A DNA stretch of 63,840 nt, filler included, from Licmophora abbreviata (GCA_900291995.1; 17 parts of 17 records of this genome joined end to end with filler, not necessarily neighbours in it), one strand, 5' to 3'; shown: positions 37,621 to 49,344, numbered from the whole stretch's first letter. The notes: generated by a model not told the origin, from the letters alone. Numbers and translations are program-made.

Positions 37621-38685
37621 ATGTCGACCTCTCCACAGGCTACCAGCATGAAGGCGGCTATGGCCTCTGCGTACGGCCAACCCGACGATGTCGTAACCGT
37701 TTCGAACGAGGTGCCGCTACCATCGCCCCAAAAGCAGTTGACTCTGCTCATTCGCGTACACGCCTGCTCCTTTTCTCCAGGCGACTATCGTGGTTTGCTG
37801 GGCGACAAACCCATTGTAACACCGCAGCCTCCGTACATTCCGGGGGGCGACGTGGCTGGGATTGTGGAGGAAACCAGTCCAGGCCACGACGAATTCAAGA
37901 AAGGCGACCGGATCGTCGCTACATGGGAGATGTTCGGTACAGGCGGACTGGCACAGTACATGTACGTGAATCCCAAGTATACGGTGAAGTTACCCGCATC
38001 CTTGTCATTTGTCGAAGGAGCAGCGCTTGCCAACAGCAGTAGTCATGCGTGGATGGCATTGCAACTTGCGAAGGTTGAGCTCAACAACCGCGTCTTGGTA
38101 CTGGGCGGAAGTGGAGGCGTTGGAACCATCTTGATTCAGCTACTCAAGAAACAAGGGGTCAGTTACATTGCCAGCACATCGACAGATGAGAAGCTTGTCA
38201 AATCACTGGGGGCTGACCGTGTAATAAACTACAAACAACAAGACTGGTGCCAAGTAGAGGAGTTTCAGAAGGAGCCATTTGATGTGATTATTGATTGTGC
38301 CGTCGGCAAGGAGGCGTGGGAACAGTGCACGCCTGTGCTGAAGGGTAAAGAGCACGGTGGACGGTTTATTGGGGTAGTCTTGCAAGACTGGCATATCGAC
38401 GGTACTACCTGGTTCAAGGCAATCTTTGGCCTCGTATTGCCGGCACTATCTCGACAATGGATGAATGTGTTTCGAAGCAAAACGGTGCCGAGCTACCGCA
38501 TCTACATGGAAATGGCCAACCACGAAAGTTTACAGAAGGTCATAGACATGGCATCTGACAAACACTTTAAGGTCATCGTCGACCCAAACTCGCCTCATCC
38601 ATTCACGACGCAGGGCGTCCGAGACGCGTTGAATCGTCACATTGCTCGCGCGGGACACGGAAAGATTGTCGTCAAAATTGATTGA
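37621..38685 (+). CDS. NAD(P)H-dependent MDR-family quinone oxidoreductase (RTN4IP1/ceQORH-like)
   Basis: IPGGDVAGIV, GGLAQY, VLVLGGSGGVG, LGADRVINY and GKIVV motifs; start may be 37543. Confidence 0.88.
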   Translation: MSTSPQATSMKAAMASAYGQPDDVVTVSNEVPLPSPQKQLTLLIRVHACSFSPGDYRGLLGDKPIVTPQPPYIPGGDVAGIVEETSPGHDEFKKGDRIVATWEMFGTGGLAQYMYVNPKYTVKLPASLSFVEGAALANSSSHAWMALQLAKVELNNRVLVLGGSGGVGTILIQLLKKQGVSYIASTSTDEKLVKSLGADRVINYKQQDWCQVEEFQKEPFDVIIDCAVGKEAWEQCTPVLKGKEHGGRFIGVVLQDWHIDGTTWFKAIFGLVLPALSRQWMNVFRSKTVPSYRIYMEMANHESLQKVIDMASDKHFKVIVDPNSPHPFTTQGVRDALNRHIARAGHGKIVVKID

Positions 38686-38765
38686 CTCGCAGTTGATGCT
38701 CATGTAAATGAGTGCGTGACATCATTTTTTAAGCCTGTAGTAATTTCTATGATAGGTTCTGAAGA

Positions 38766-41314
38766 CTACTTCTTTTCCAAATGTTCTGCTTTCTTCAGAG
38801 TGGAACCTCCTGCGGGAGGCGTCTTTGGCGCCAAGAAGGCCCACGAGGAGAGTACCACCAACGCACCGATCGCGATCCGTTGTAAGGGAAGATCGCCCCT
38901 ATGCTGGAAGCCAAAAACCATTGGAAATCCAGTGAGACCTCCAGCCACCACTAGAGGAACGATGGCACGTGACTGCATGCTGCGAGCACTCGTCGACGTC
39001 AACTCTTCGATCGTTTCGCAGACGCGGATTGTCCTGTCGTACGAAGGATCCTGGATTCCAGCCGCCAGCTGTGCCCGCGCCTTCCTTGCCACACTCTTTG
39101 CAAACGCATGAAAGGTGTCGTGAAGTTCACTGATGTTGTTCGTACGCATAATTAACTTGCACGATAGACCCTTGCGAATCTTGACGACGCCGGTAAACAC
39201 GTCCGGATTCGCATACAGCTTGTCCAGGGTCGCAATCGCCATTACCTGGGGAATGGCGCAAAACCGAAAGATCTCTTCGCACTGTAGCTTCGACATGTAT
39301 ACAAGGCAGTCGGGGACGAGTTCCAGTGCATCCGTCACGAGTTCATTGAGACACTGCAGGGAGCTGGAGCGAACGTTGGCATCCGACTGATTGGCAAAGT
39401 AGCCCAGGTCACCCGATTTACTGTACTTCTTCCAAACAGATTGAGGCCAAAAGGCTCGGCCGTCTACGTAGTCCTCGAGGTAGTCACGAATAATATTGGT
39501 CTTTTGCAGAAACATACCCATTTGATCGGACAAGTGGAGCTCGGACCCAAAAGACTGCTTTTCCAGGCCCGATGCGGCAAAGAGACGGGAGAGACCTTCG
39601 CCGACCAATCCAGCGACAAAGTGACAGTAGCGATTGTACTGAGCAATATCTGTGGTTCCCTGTCCCAAATCCTTGCCGACAAACTCGGCCATGCCTGTCG
39701 CCATGCGCTGCGTAATGTCCAGAATAACACGTTGCGAGGCCGGCTGCAGTTTGGCAAAGATGGCATGGCATTTTGGAAACTCCTGCAATAATCGACGCTC
39801 GTCACCTTCTCCTACACCATCCATACTCCAGTTGGCATCAGCCAGTGCATTCTTGTGAAAGTTGCGCAAGTGCTGCACCTTGACATCGTTATTCGCAAAC
39901 GCTTTGGTATCATCCTCGATCGTGTCAAGCGCCCGCAGCACCAGATAAAACACCAAGATGTCCACCATCATTGTTTTTGGAAGCTGCAAAATGACGGCCG
40001 CAAAGGAACGCGATACTTTGCGTAGAATTTCTTCGCAGAACTCCAACTCCTCCTTCGGGTACATCGACTGAATGTAGTCCGTGTCAAGGTTGCTGCGCAG
40101 CGGCTTTATATACAAGAATGTAACGGCTGCCATGACTTCATCTACATGCATCATCTGGGAAAGTTTGGACTCTTTGTGCATCTTGATCTTGCCATAGGCT
40201 CCTTGCTTCTTCCTAGAGTAGGATGATACGATAGTGCAGGGTGGTTGAGATTATATTTCGAGCTAGTAAGCAGTGCTAAGAAGTACGTGGCATGGGGATT
40301 ATCCTCATGCGTGTACTTACATAGCATCTCCCTGTAACGTCCCGTTGGACTTGTCAAGAAGCGGTCCTGCGTTGCCGCCACCTCCCAAGTGCTCCCGAGG
40401 AGGGTCGAACTCGTGAATGCTTGTAAAGTCGCAGTGTTTGTCGGTCGTCATGGTTGTGTTCAACTCCTTCCACCAAGTTCCTAGCCACTTTTTGACGATC
40501 AAACGAAACCAGGGAGAAAACAAGAGGTCCTTGCGTGCCATCAGCTCGAGCAATTTGGCATGAGAGACCCACTGCACGGCATCGACCTCGTCGGGGTGAG
40601 GTTTAATGGTCAACTCTGACTTGTTCTTAACGCAGAAGAACAAGACATAGTCGATTTCATGTTCACCCCACGGCGATTTGGCTCCATGCGTCACGGTATC
40701 CGCTGCCCAGTAGTGTAGTCGGGTAAGAAACTTGAACTTCGACACAGGCAGCTCGGACGAAGGAATGCCGAGTTCGTGATCCAACTTGCGAACGGCAGCG
40801 TGTTTGACACCCATCACCGAGCCGTCGGCAACATCTTTCGGCATATCAACCTCATTCGGTTCCATCCCATGCAAGGGGTGAGAGCAACATGTATTTGTCC
40901 AGACCTAAAAGAATTCGTTCGAGTGCAGTAAACAGAGCGTGAGGTGGTATGATACACATCTCAAATGTTTATCCGCAAGATCCTAACATCCTAACCGTCG
41001 TCCCCTTCGGCGGCATTGGATAGAAGAAAACGCTTGACAACGCTTCGCAAGTTCCTTCATACACATACATTAGGAAATGTGATCTTCGTGCTGGCGCGCT
41101 GCTGCAGTAGCAATTCTTGCGTGGATTCGTCAAAGACGAACACCGAAAAGGCGCGGTGCAAGATGCCGCGGGGGTGCGAGGGGGTAAATTCGTGCGACGT
41201 GCGTTTCGATGCCGATCCAATCACATTGTCAGCATCGTCCAACACAAGCACAGTGTCTTTTTCCATCATGTCAGTCTGGGACATGGCGTTGCCGTTCCAC
41301 GTAGTCGTCGTCAT
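38766..41314 (-). CDS. IDISQS: Isopentenyl-diphosphate isomerase-squalene synthase fusion (IDI-SQS)
   Basis: IDI motifs LHRAFSVF, LQQRA..KITFP, WTNTCCSHP and GEHEIDY join in frame through introns 40905-41068 and 40213-40320 to SQS motifs VSRSF, LDTIEDD, YCHFVAGLVG, LQKTNIIRD and FCAIPQVMA. Confidence 0.95.
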
Positions 41315-41725
41315 TGTTGCGGCNNNNNNNNNNNNNNNNNNNNNNNNNNNNNNNNNNNNNNNNNNNNTTAATTAATTAANNNNNNNNNNNNNNNNNNNNN
41401 NNNNNNNNNNNNNNNNNNNNNNNAGTAAAGGGAAGTGCGTGGTGAAGAGTGAGCGCCAATTTTGCGAGAGTGAAGAGGTGCGCGGCGCGCAATTTTCGTC
41501 GTAGATTTGCCGTAGCTCAGTACTGACGTAGCACACAGTACAAAATCTCCGTTGGCTGAAGCTGACACGCGATGGCGGTTGTATGTAGAAAACTGAAAAC
41601 GCGTTCGGTCTGTTTCGGCAGAAATCTCAGAAAGCCACGATGGCATAAGCTACAAGCGACAGTCGATTAGAACCGTGTTGATGCCTAGCCACCCTTCTGG
41701 AACCACTTCGTAACTCGCTGACACA

Positions 41726-42566
41726 ATGACGACGTTACCTGAGCTAATTATGGTGGAATCGAGCGTTCCGCGCGACTGCATCGAGTGCGACAACGAAGAG
41801 TGCCACGAAACGAATCCTCCCAGCATGTGTGGTCGTTGCCACACAGTCTACTACTGCAGCAAGTCCTGCCAAGAAAAACACCGGTCAGAACATACGGCTT
41901 ACTGTCGCGATCTAGGGGATATGCGACGAGCTATGTTGGGGATTGACGGTGGTGAAACGCAGGGGGAAGCCACAAACAAGAATGAGCCGTGTGTGATCTG
42001 TCTCGAGCAGCCCATGGTGAATCCGATCGTCCTGCAGGAGTGCCTGCATGCCTTTTGCTTTGGATGCCTACGTGATTATCAAGCTGAGCGTCGTCGTATG
42101 GAGATGAATACGCAGCTCAAGATTGGTTGTCCATTGTGTCGTACACAAGCACCTGATATTGAAGAGTCGCTCCTCGAGCGAGCTCGAAGCTTGGCGGGAC
42201 GTGCCAACAGTCGGACTGCTTCGGACGAAGAAAAAGCAGCTCTTCGAGAAGAGGCATTGGAGGTTCTGGACAAGGTCTTACGGGAGGATCGGAACCTACA
42301 GGCTCTATGGACCAAGGTGGAGATTCTCGCGCAGATGGACAGGACGGCTGAAGCCATGGCCGTCCTGCAAACAGTGGAGGCCTTGCAGAAGGAAGGGGAA
42401 GTGAACAGGGAAAAAATTGCTGAAATTCTTGCCCAAATGGAACAAGCCCATGCTGCTGGCGATTATGAAGAGACGGAATGTCGTATGAAGGAAGTGGACG
42501 AGTTCCAGTCTACACACTTTATTCAGAGGTTCAGGGACCCCGTGGAACTGACTCTGGCTATGGCCG
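41726..42566 (+). CDS. MYND zinc finger + RING finger protein with helical (TPR-like) region, 3'-truncated
   Basis: C..C...YYCSKSCQ..H...H...C (MYND) and CVICLE...CLHAFCFGC...CPLC (C3HC4 RING). Confidence 0.85.
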
Positions 42567-42803
42567 NNNNNNNNNNNNNNNNNNNNNNNNNNNNNNNNNN
42601 NNNNNNNNNNTTAATTAATTAANNNNNNNNNNNNNNNNNNNNNNNNNNNNNNNNNNNNNNNNNNNNGGAAAAAGACCCGGAGAATCAAACTTCTGCCAGA
42701 AATTTGCAAGTTTGAGTTTTGCCCAAGAAGAATGGGTGAAAACTTCAGTGCAGATTTCATGCTGGAGTGAAGTCGACCATGGCGCTTCATCGGTTACAAT
42801 AGT

Positions 42804-43487
42804 ATGCTGCGGTTCCAGATTGTGAGCGTTCTAGTACTCCTTTGTTGGAATCCTGTCTCGTGTGTACTGGACAGGAGAGTTTCAAGCGATGCTCGAGGAG
42901 GCGATGAGCCGCCCTTGGCCGGCGTTGGTGCCTCATCATCAAGCCGAGAAAACACTGCCAACGACACGTCGATTCTTCTGGAAGAAATCGACCCCAGTTC
43001 GGATATGATCAGCTCCTTGACTGCTCTAGAATCCTCCACCGGCCGTCTGCGAGGAACGGGTAGATATCCAAGTCGCCACAGAGCTCTCAAGAGCAATGCC
43101 ATCGACAAGGCAGGTGACGTGCTCAGCTCCTATTTTGAGAGACCAATTGACGACTGGAGCGGCGAGCAGTGGCTGATTCTGGGTTTCACGATATTTTTCT
43201 TATGCTGCTGCATACTTCCTATGTGTAATAGGAGACGACGACGATACTACTCGCCCTATTACAACAATGGTGGATACCAATATGTTCCCGCGGCAGTTGT
43301 GGGGAGGAATCGGTCCGTTGTTTACGAGGAACCACCGAGAAGGGGCGGGGCCCCTTGTTCTCAGCTACTCTGGGCGTTGTGCTGCTTTGAATGCTGTTGT
43401 CGGGACAATCGGGACGTCGACTGCTGTGACATGTGCTGCTGCTTGATGTGCTTCGAAGTTTGCTGTCGCGGAGGAGCAGATTTATGA
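42804..43487 (+). CDS. Single-pass membrane protein with Cys-rich C-terminus
   Basis: Signal peptide, TM WLILGFTIFFLCCCIL, polybasic stop-transfer segment, CCFECCC/CCDMCCC tail. Confidence 0.7.
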   Translation: MLRFQIVSVLVLLCWNPVSCVLDRRVSSDARGGDEPPLAGVGASSSSRENTANDTSILLEEIDPSSDMISSLTALESSTGRLRGTGRYPSRHRALKSNAIDKAGDVLSSYFERPIDDWSGEQWLILGFTIFFLCCCILPMCNRRRRRYYSPYYNNGGYQYVPAAVVGRNRSVVYEEPPRRGGAPCSQLLWALCCFECCCRDNRDVDCCDMCCCLMCFEVCCRGGADL

Positions 43488-43695
43488 TACTCTGGTTGAT
43501 CATACTTCCTCGTTGCTGTGTGTACCTGGGACTCCTATCTGCCGACGCCATCTCTCTACAAATTAGTACTCTTCTTGTTGGTAATACTTTTCTTTGTTAT
43601 AGGTACTCCTATCTTTCGATGTCGTCGCCTACCTGCTATCTTCTCTAATACTTCTATTCGCCAGCACCATGCTCGATCTACTTGATTATCCCCTC

Positions 43696-45438
43696 TCAAC
43701 TGAGTCGATACTTGGAGTTGGGTGGATTGCTCTGAGACGGGTTGCTGATCTGGTGAGTCGCCAATATCTCTGCCTGAGCCCGCATTGCTGCATGAACTTC
43801 GAGCACAATGTCGTCGTCGTACTCTAGCTCGATGCGGACAAAAGCCTTGAGATCCCTCTTGGTGTTCGCCTCCTCCCTGGCTTCCCTGGAGGAGACTTCC
43901 CACATTCCACACAAATGGCGGAGTGAGGTCACGGTCATCCCATTGTATTTTAGCACGCGTCGCCACTTGCGACGGTACGAGAAGGAAACGTCATGGGCAA
44001 AGATATTGGTCAGAACTACCAGCTCTTCTATGCCATCGTCCCAATCTTCGGGCCAACGTTGGATCCAATCGAAATAGGTAGCCTGCAACCTTGTTCCCGA
44101 GTCCTTTTTCGTGACAAGATGATGTGTAAGTGGGAGAAAGACAAGCGCACCGACGATCAAATAGTTGGGGAGGTGATCGACATCAGGCCAACGCGGACAA
44201 ATGTCCGGAATGTACGAGAGCACACACGGTTTGCTTGCAATCAACTTGCTGTTGCGATAGACGGTAAAGGTAGTATTCTGGTCGATGTGTTTGCCGCGAA
44301 GCAAATTGCAGTGTTGCATCATTTCATCGCCACGCAAGACGAATTGTCCATCATCGGCAATGGCGTGTCCATCAATCGAGGTGAGCACGTCATTCTTCTG
44401 CAGGGCGCCCTTGACGGTTTCGGCAACGTCCGTCAATAGCACGCCATGAATATCGTCCGGCACGTCGTGATACAATCGGAGAGACTTGTTTTCGAGGGCA
44501 TGCCATCGAAACGGAACAGATGGCGAGAAGGAGTAGGATCCATCCGCATGGCAGCGACCGAGAAAAGCTCGAACGACATCGGCAGGAATGACATAGCCAA
44601 CATTGTCAGTTCCTGGGGAGTTCGCCTTGCAAAACGCAACGCCTGTCACGAAGCCCCGGCTGTCGAAAACAGGCCCACCACTGTTACCGGCATTGATGGC
44701 CGCATCGATCTGAATACTGAGGACGGTATCGTAGCTCAAGTCGAGATTATCAATACGCGACACGACACCTTCCGTGACACAGATGGTGAGGCCTCCCTTT
44801 GGGTATCCCATCACGTGGACACGTTCCTGGAGCGCAGGAAGATCTGTGGCCAGCTCAAGTGCTGGTGACGAGGAGTTTTTGCTTCCAAAGAAATCATATT
44901 GTTCCTTCTTGTCGTCCAATTCCAACAAGGCCAAGTCGACATCGGGTGCATAGACGGAGACTTGTGCTCGAAATCGTCGCGAGACACCGTGTAGGCGCAC
45001 GCGAATGTCAATGGCCGATGCCACGACGTGAGCATTCGTAAGTATGTAGTGCTTATCGTCCTGATTACGACGCACAATAAAGCCACTGCCAGCAGAGCGA
45101 AGCTGGTCGGTGCACTGCCAAGGGTGTGTCCAGATCCATGCGACACTGACGACTTCAATCAGACAGACCCCCTCTTTGCCGTTCAAGGCTGACGGAGAAG
45201 GAGGGGGACTCACTGCTACTGGAGCGACATCAATCGTTGCTGAAGTGTCAGGGTGCAAGTAGTCGATCGTGCAGACGGGGTCGACTATCGAGCAGGTCTT
45301 GTTGACTATCTGTGGTTCCATTCGTGGATCGTTCTGAGTTGGCACGCTCGACATGGCGCCTTCGACCAAGTCGATCGAGCTCATCGACGCCGTTTCTTCT
45401 TCTTTCAATCGCTCTCGCTTGCTTGGGGCTGTTCCCAT
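43696..45438 (-). CDS. DegP/HtrA serine protease (Deg2/Deg9-like) with PDZ domains
   Basis: GSGF, LTNAHVV, DVDLA, IDAAINAGNSGGP and LEN..LR motifs; likely start MGTAPSK. Confidence 0.92.
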   Translation of the reverse strand: MGTAPSKRERLKEEETASMSSIDLVEGAMSSVPTQNDPRMEPQIVNKTCSIVDPVCTIDYLHPDTSATIDVAPVAVSPPPSPSALNGKEGVCLIEVVSVAWIWTHPWQCTDQLRSAGSGFIVRRNQDDKHYILTNAHVVASAIDIRVRLHGVSRRFRAQVSVYAPDVDLALLELDDKKEQYDFFGSKNSSSPALELATDLPALQERVHVMGYPKGGLTICVTEGVVSRIDNLDLSYDTVLSIQIDAAINAGNSGGPVFDSRGFVTGVAFCKANSPGTDNVGYVIPADVVRAFLGRCHADGSYSFSPSVPFRWHALENKSLRLYHDVPDDIHGVLLTDVAETVKGALQKNDVLTSIDGHAIADDGQFVLRGDEMMQHCNLLRGKHIDQNTTFTVYRNSKLIASKPCVLSYIPDICPRWPDVDHLPNYLIVGALVFLPLTHHLVTKKDSGTRLQATYFDWIQRWPEDWDDGIEELVVLTNIFAHDVSFSYRRKWRRVLKYNGMTVTSLRHLCGMWEVSSREAREEANTKRDLKAFVRIELEYDDDIVLEVHAAMRAQAEILATHQISNPSQSNPPNSKYRLS

Positions 45439-45836
45439 GATGAACTGCCGACTGTCTTGATTTCTAGATATCGCGACTATAGACTGGCAAGGCACCTTGA
45501 TGGTGCGCTCCACTCTTAACTGGAATCGAATCAATCCACACTTTCGACCGTCCCAAAATCAACTCCAATCTACCTATGAATGATAAGGCACCCTCAAAAT
45601 ACAAGTCAGGCTTCAAAGGGGTCCAGTGAATAGAAAGACGGACAAGCAAGAGAGGAACCTTTGCGGATGTGGGGATCTTGCACAGCAGAAATGAGAAAAG
45701 GTACAAGAAGTACCGGTACCAGCAACGTCCGGGAATTTTGCTGCCTGTTGGAATTAGAAAGGCTCGCGCGTAATGTTATACTATGCGTCTTAATATAAAA
45801 AACTCGCATTTCACGCCTGCCTGATGTAGTGCAAAC

Positions 45837-45898
45837 TGCAAAAGTCAGCACATTTCGTGCAAAAGTCAGCACATTTCGTGCAAGAGTCAGCACATTTC
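45837..45898. repeat. Minisatellite array A (21-bp unit, 3 copies, cut by gap)
   Basis: tgcaa(a/g)agtcagcacatttcg repeated up to the contig end. Confidence 0.9.
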
Positions 45899-45998
45899 NN
45901 NNNNNNNNNNNNNNNNNNNNNNNNNNNNNNNNNNNNNNNNNNTTAATTAATTAANNNNNNNNNNNNNNNNNNNNNNNNNNNNNNNNNNNNNNNNNNNN

Positions 45999-46263
45999 AA
46001 GCTGCAGTAGCGAGGACAGAAGTGCTAGTGGACTCTTGACGGCAGACAGGATCATTGGTACTGCGTGCAGCTGGTTTGGTGGTGGGAGCAGAGGCGGTCG
46101 TCTTCCTCGCAGCGAAAGGACTCGGTGCCGTCGTTTCTAGATCGTCGTCGTCACTCTCCTCTTGCGTCAGCAACTCGCTGTCGAAAAGGCTCTTCCGTGA
46201 CATGGTTCTTGGGTCTGACCGAACGGCAGGTATCACAGTAGATATGATCTTCGTTCTTTTCAT
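45999..46263 (-). CDS. Hypothetical protein, N-terminal fragment
   Basis: ORF (MKRTKII...MSRKSLFDSELLTQEESDDDD) running into the gap; low complexity. Confidence 0.4.
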
Positions 46264-46361
46264 GATGTGCTTTCTGATGCTTGATGGATGCATGCCTGTC
46301 TGTCACGCGGTGAATGTCTTTGTTGTCGTTATCATTTTCCTTATTCTGCAAGGGTCAGACG

Positions 46362-46591
46362 ATTTCGTGCAAGAGTCAGCACATTTGTGCAAGAGTCAGC
46401 ACATTTCCCGCAAAAGTCAGCACATTTCCCGCAAGAGTCAGCACATTTCCCGCAAGAGTCAGCACTTTTTGCAAGAGTCAGCACTTTTTGCAAGAGTCAG
46501 CACATTCCGTGCAAGTGTCAGCACATTTCGTGCAAGAGTCAGCACATTTCGTGCAAGAGTCAGCACATTTCGTGCAAGAGTCAGCACATTT
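46362..46591. repeat. Minisatellite array B (19-21-bp unit, 11 copies)
   Basis: Core gcaagagtcagcac recurs 11 times with short variable linkers (atttcgt/atttccc/ttttt). Confidence 0.95.
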
Positions 46592-48780
46592 TAAAACCAC
46601 TAGAATATCATCGAGCGAGCCAGCTAAAGTATATATTTTAGGTATATGAAGTATATGTCGCGCGAGCTCATCGCGCATAGCCCAGCTGATTTCCCGGACG
46701 TTGCAGGTACCAATCCATTCATGGCATGAACGCGGACTAGTCTACTCGTGCATCTGTCGAGAACTTGACTTCCCGCCAATACTCGAGCTCCGTGAGGAAG
46801 ATACCGACTTTGGAGCGCAAGAGCAGAAAGTCACTCTGTGAAACAAAATTCCGCATTCCCTTTCGCTGAAATTGAGTTTGGCGCCAAAATTGAAACGACA
46901 AGTCATTTTTCAAACCACCAAAATGGCGATCGATGCACCATCGGCAATTCAGGGTGTTGGAACTGTAGCTAGTCAAGACTGTGCATAGTTCTGTACCCGG
47001 ACTTAGTTAGGGCCTTGGAAATCGCGAGAGATGAAGCTCTAGGAAGACTTTGCAAGTCAATGAACGGCATGGGCGAAAGTCATGGCTCATGACGGCTGAC
47101 ACGAACGATGTGAAATGACCAATGACGAGACTGATGCCAGCATGTGTTTCTTGTTGAGCTTCGGTCCCATTGAGCTCTTTCTCATATCTCATATCCGCCA
47201 TTCGCAATCCATTCGCAATAGGATCGACTCCAGCAGCGAGTGCATGGGGATAGATAACGCGATCGACCCTATGGCACGACGAATGGTCGATTTCGACTCA
47301 CGAGCTCCAAGGTGAGCCTGAAAAGGGTGGGCTTTCCGAATTTCTTACTTGGAACCTCAGCTTGTACCTGATCTGAAAAGTTGATGAGAAGTCTCTTCTC
47401 GCTTGTGTTGGATATCCAGCGCAGCCGTAGCTCCGCTCCAGGCATCTCTGTCGGTCTACTCGAATGCATCGGCGAGCTTCGCCGGTCATGGGCCAGCGGG
47501 GGGTCATCTATACTCGGAGTCGCTATGTACTCGGTTCGATCTGTCCATCCGAATCGCGTCGACGAACAAGGGATAAGAACGACAAATCTGACTCTAAACC
47601 ACTGACATGCGCCCCCCTACCCTCTACATGGCGCCGAATTCGTCCCGCATCCTATTTGCGGGTCTCCATGGACACATCACATCTTTTCCGGTATCATCAA
47701 TCGCTCGCCCAGCTCGCTGGCTTCGTCCGACGTTTTGCAGCTCACTTGCGTCTCAATCGCTTTTGTCCAACCACGATCAGTTTACAATTGCTCTGAATGA
47801 CTCTTTTCACGGATTCCGGTTTTGATTTCTTGGCGACGAATGAGATCTGTTCTGCTAAGATGGCATACTCGGGGAGGTGCTTGCTAGCGGCACAGAAAGC
47901 TCACATTGACGGACTCTTCTTCCTACGTTCCCACATGCAACCTATTATGGTCCATGTTGTGACGTGTCCTTTTCCTGACGAACGATTGCGATTCGCTGAC
48001 ATCCCGCGAGAGATCCCGTCTTATGGATTTTTTTGGCAGTAAGCGGGAGGGAGCCTAATGCTTCTATGTGCTCAGTCGACTAGGGCGCGGCAACCTGATC
48101 GACGATATCAAATGCATTTTCGATTATTTTTCACTTGCCACGCTAATGAAAAGCTGATGGGGGAGGCGATTTGTTGCCCTCTTCTCGGGCAGCAGCAACG
48201 TGCGAGGCTCTAATGGGAAACTGGCTTGGTCACAAAGTGTTGCCGGCAAGAGTACAACACACCACTATTTACAACAATCATCCACGAGCTGAGGAGAGCT
48301 GAGCTTGCTGCCGGCAGAAAGTGGCCGAATTGTGGTCCTGGCGCGTCCCTCAGCAATGGGTGCTTGGATCCCCACTCCATTCTTCACGATTCAAGAAAGA
48401 GTCGATATCTTGATGTCGGATTGACGGTCCACGCGTCATCAACTCGTTCCGTGATACCTGATCCCCGAGTCAACGCTAGCTACTCGGTGGAAGGCTGCTA
48501 CAGATTTTTCAAAAGTTGCGCTTCGAGAATTTCTAGGCAATTATGTAAATTTAGATGTCGCGGCGCCGGAGGCCCACTCCTGCACCAAGCAATACGTTCC
48601 TTTAGTGTGCATCGTGATCGTGCCGTCTTGTGGCACGTGTGCACCTTTNNNNNNNNNNNNNNNNNNNNNNNNNNNNNNNNNNNNNNNNNNNNTTAATTAA
48701 TTAANNNNNNNNNNNNNNNNNNNNNNNNNNNNNNNNNNNNNNNNNNNNCCATCCCCTCCCATGACTTCAACAGCACTGGC

Positions 48781-49344
48781 TCATACTGCCAAGCTGGAAT
48801 GAACTTCCCCGAAGCAAGTCTGAAGTTGACTGCTGGAGTTCTCAATCTTGTCAAGAACGCTCTTGATGCTCGCTCGCCGTTCATACTTTTCGTCAGCTTT
48901 TTCAGTCTTCATTGTAAGACTCTTTCTTGTTTCTTCAGTTTGTTTCATGCAGCTTGCAAGCTTTTTGAAGGCCTCGTGATATTTTGCATCCATGAAGGGG
49001 GGTAGTGGAGCGAGCTTGTAATTTTCAGGAGTGAGGCGAGGCGTTCTGAACTGATCATCGGTGAATCTCATGCCGAACTCCTCTTGGGGAGTGACTGGCG
49101 AGGAGGCAAAGCCAAAAAGATCGTCAGAGAGAAAGTTCGTTCCGATCTGCTCATCGATCTCCATGATACTGAGATCTCTGTCTGAATCTTCCTCTTCTTC
49201 GTCAGAGGTCCATTCTTCGAGTACCTTCTTCACCTCTACCTTGGAAGTCTTGGACAGAGGCTCATCGGGCACAATGTCACACATGATATCCCATTCAGCT
49301 TCGATATGAAGATCACTGGAGGACATCTCGATAGCAGGCGACAT
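48781..49344 (-). CDS. Hypothetical protein
   Basis: 187-aa ORF with acidic N-half and coiled-coil-like KKLASCMKQTEETRKSL C-half. Confidence 0.65.
   Translation of the reverse strand: MSPAIEMSSSDLHIEAEWDIMCDIVPDEPLSKTSKVEVKKVLEEWTSDEEEEDSDRDLSIMEIDEQIGTNFLSDDLFGFASSPVTPQEEFGMRFTDDQFRTPRLTPENYKLAPLPPFMDAKYHEAFKKLASCMKQTEETRKSLTMKTEKADEKYERRASIKSVLDKIENSSSQLQTCFGEVHSSLAV

Noticed and set aside
46362..46591. Possible CRISPR array
   Set aside because: Units are head-to-tail with only 5-7-nt near-identical linkers, no unique spacers and no cas genes, in a eukaryotic context.
46055..46678. Repetitive ORFs (RVSTF/QESAH/KSQHI/CADSCTK)
   Set aside because: These are translations of the minisatellite in all frames, with no evidence of coding.
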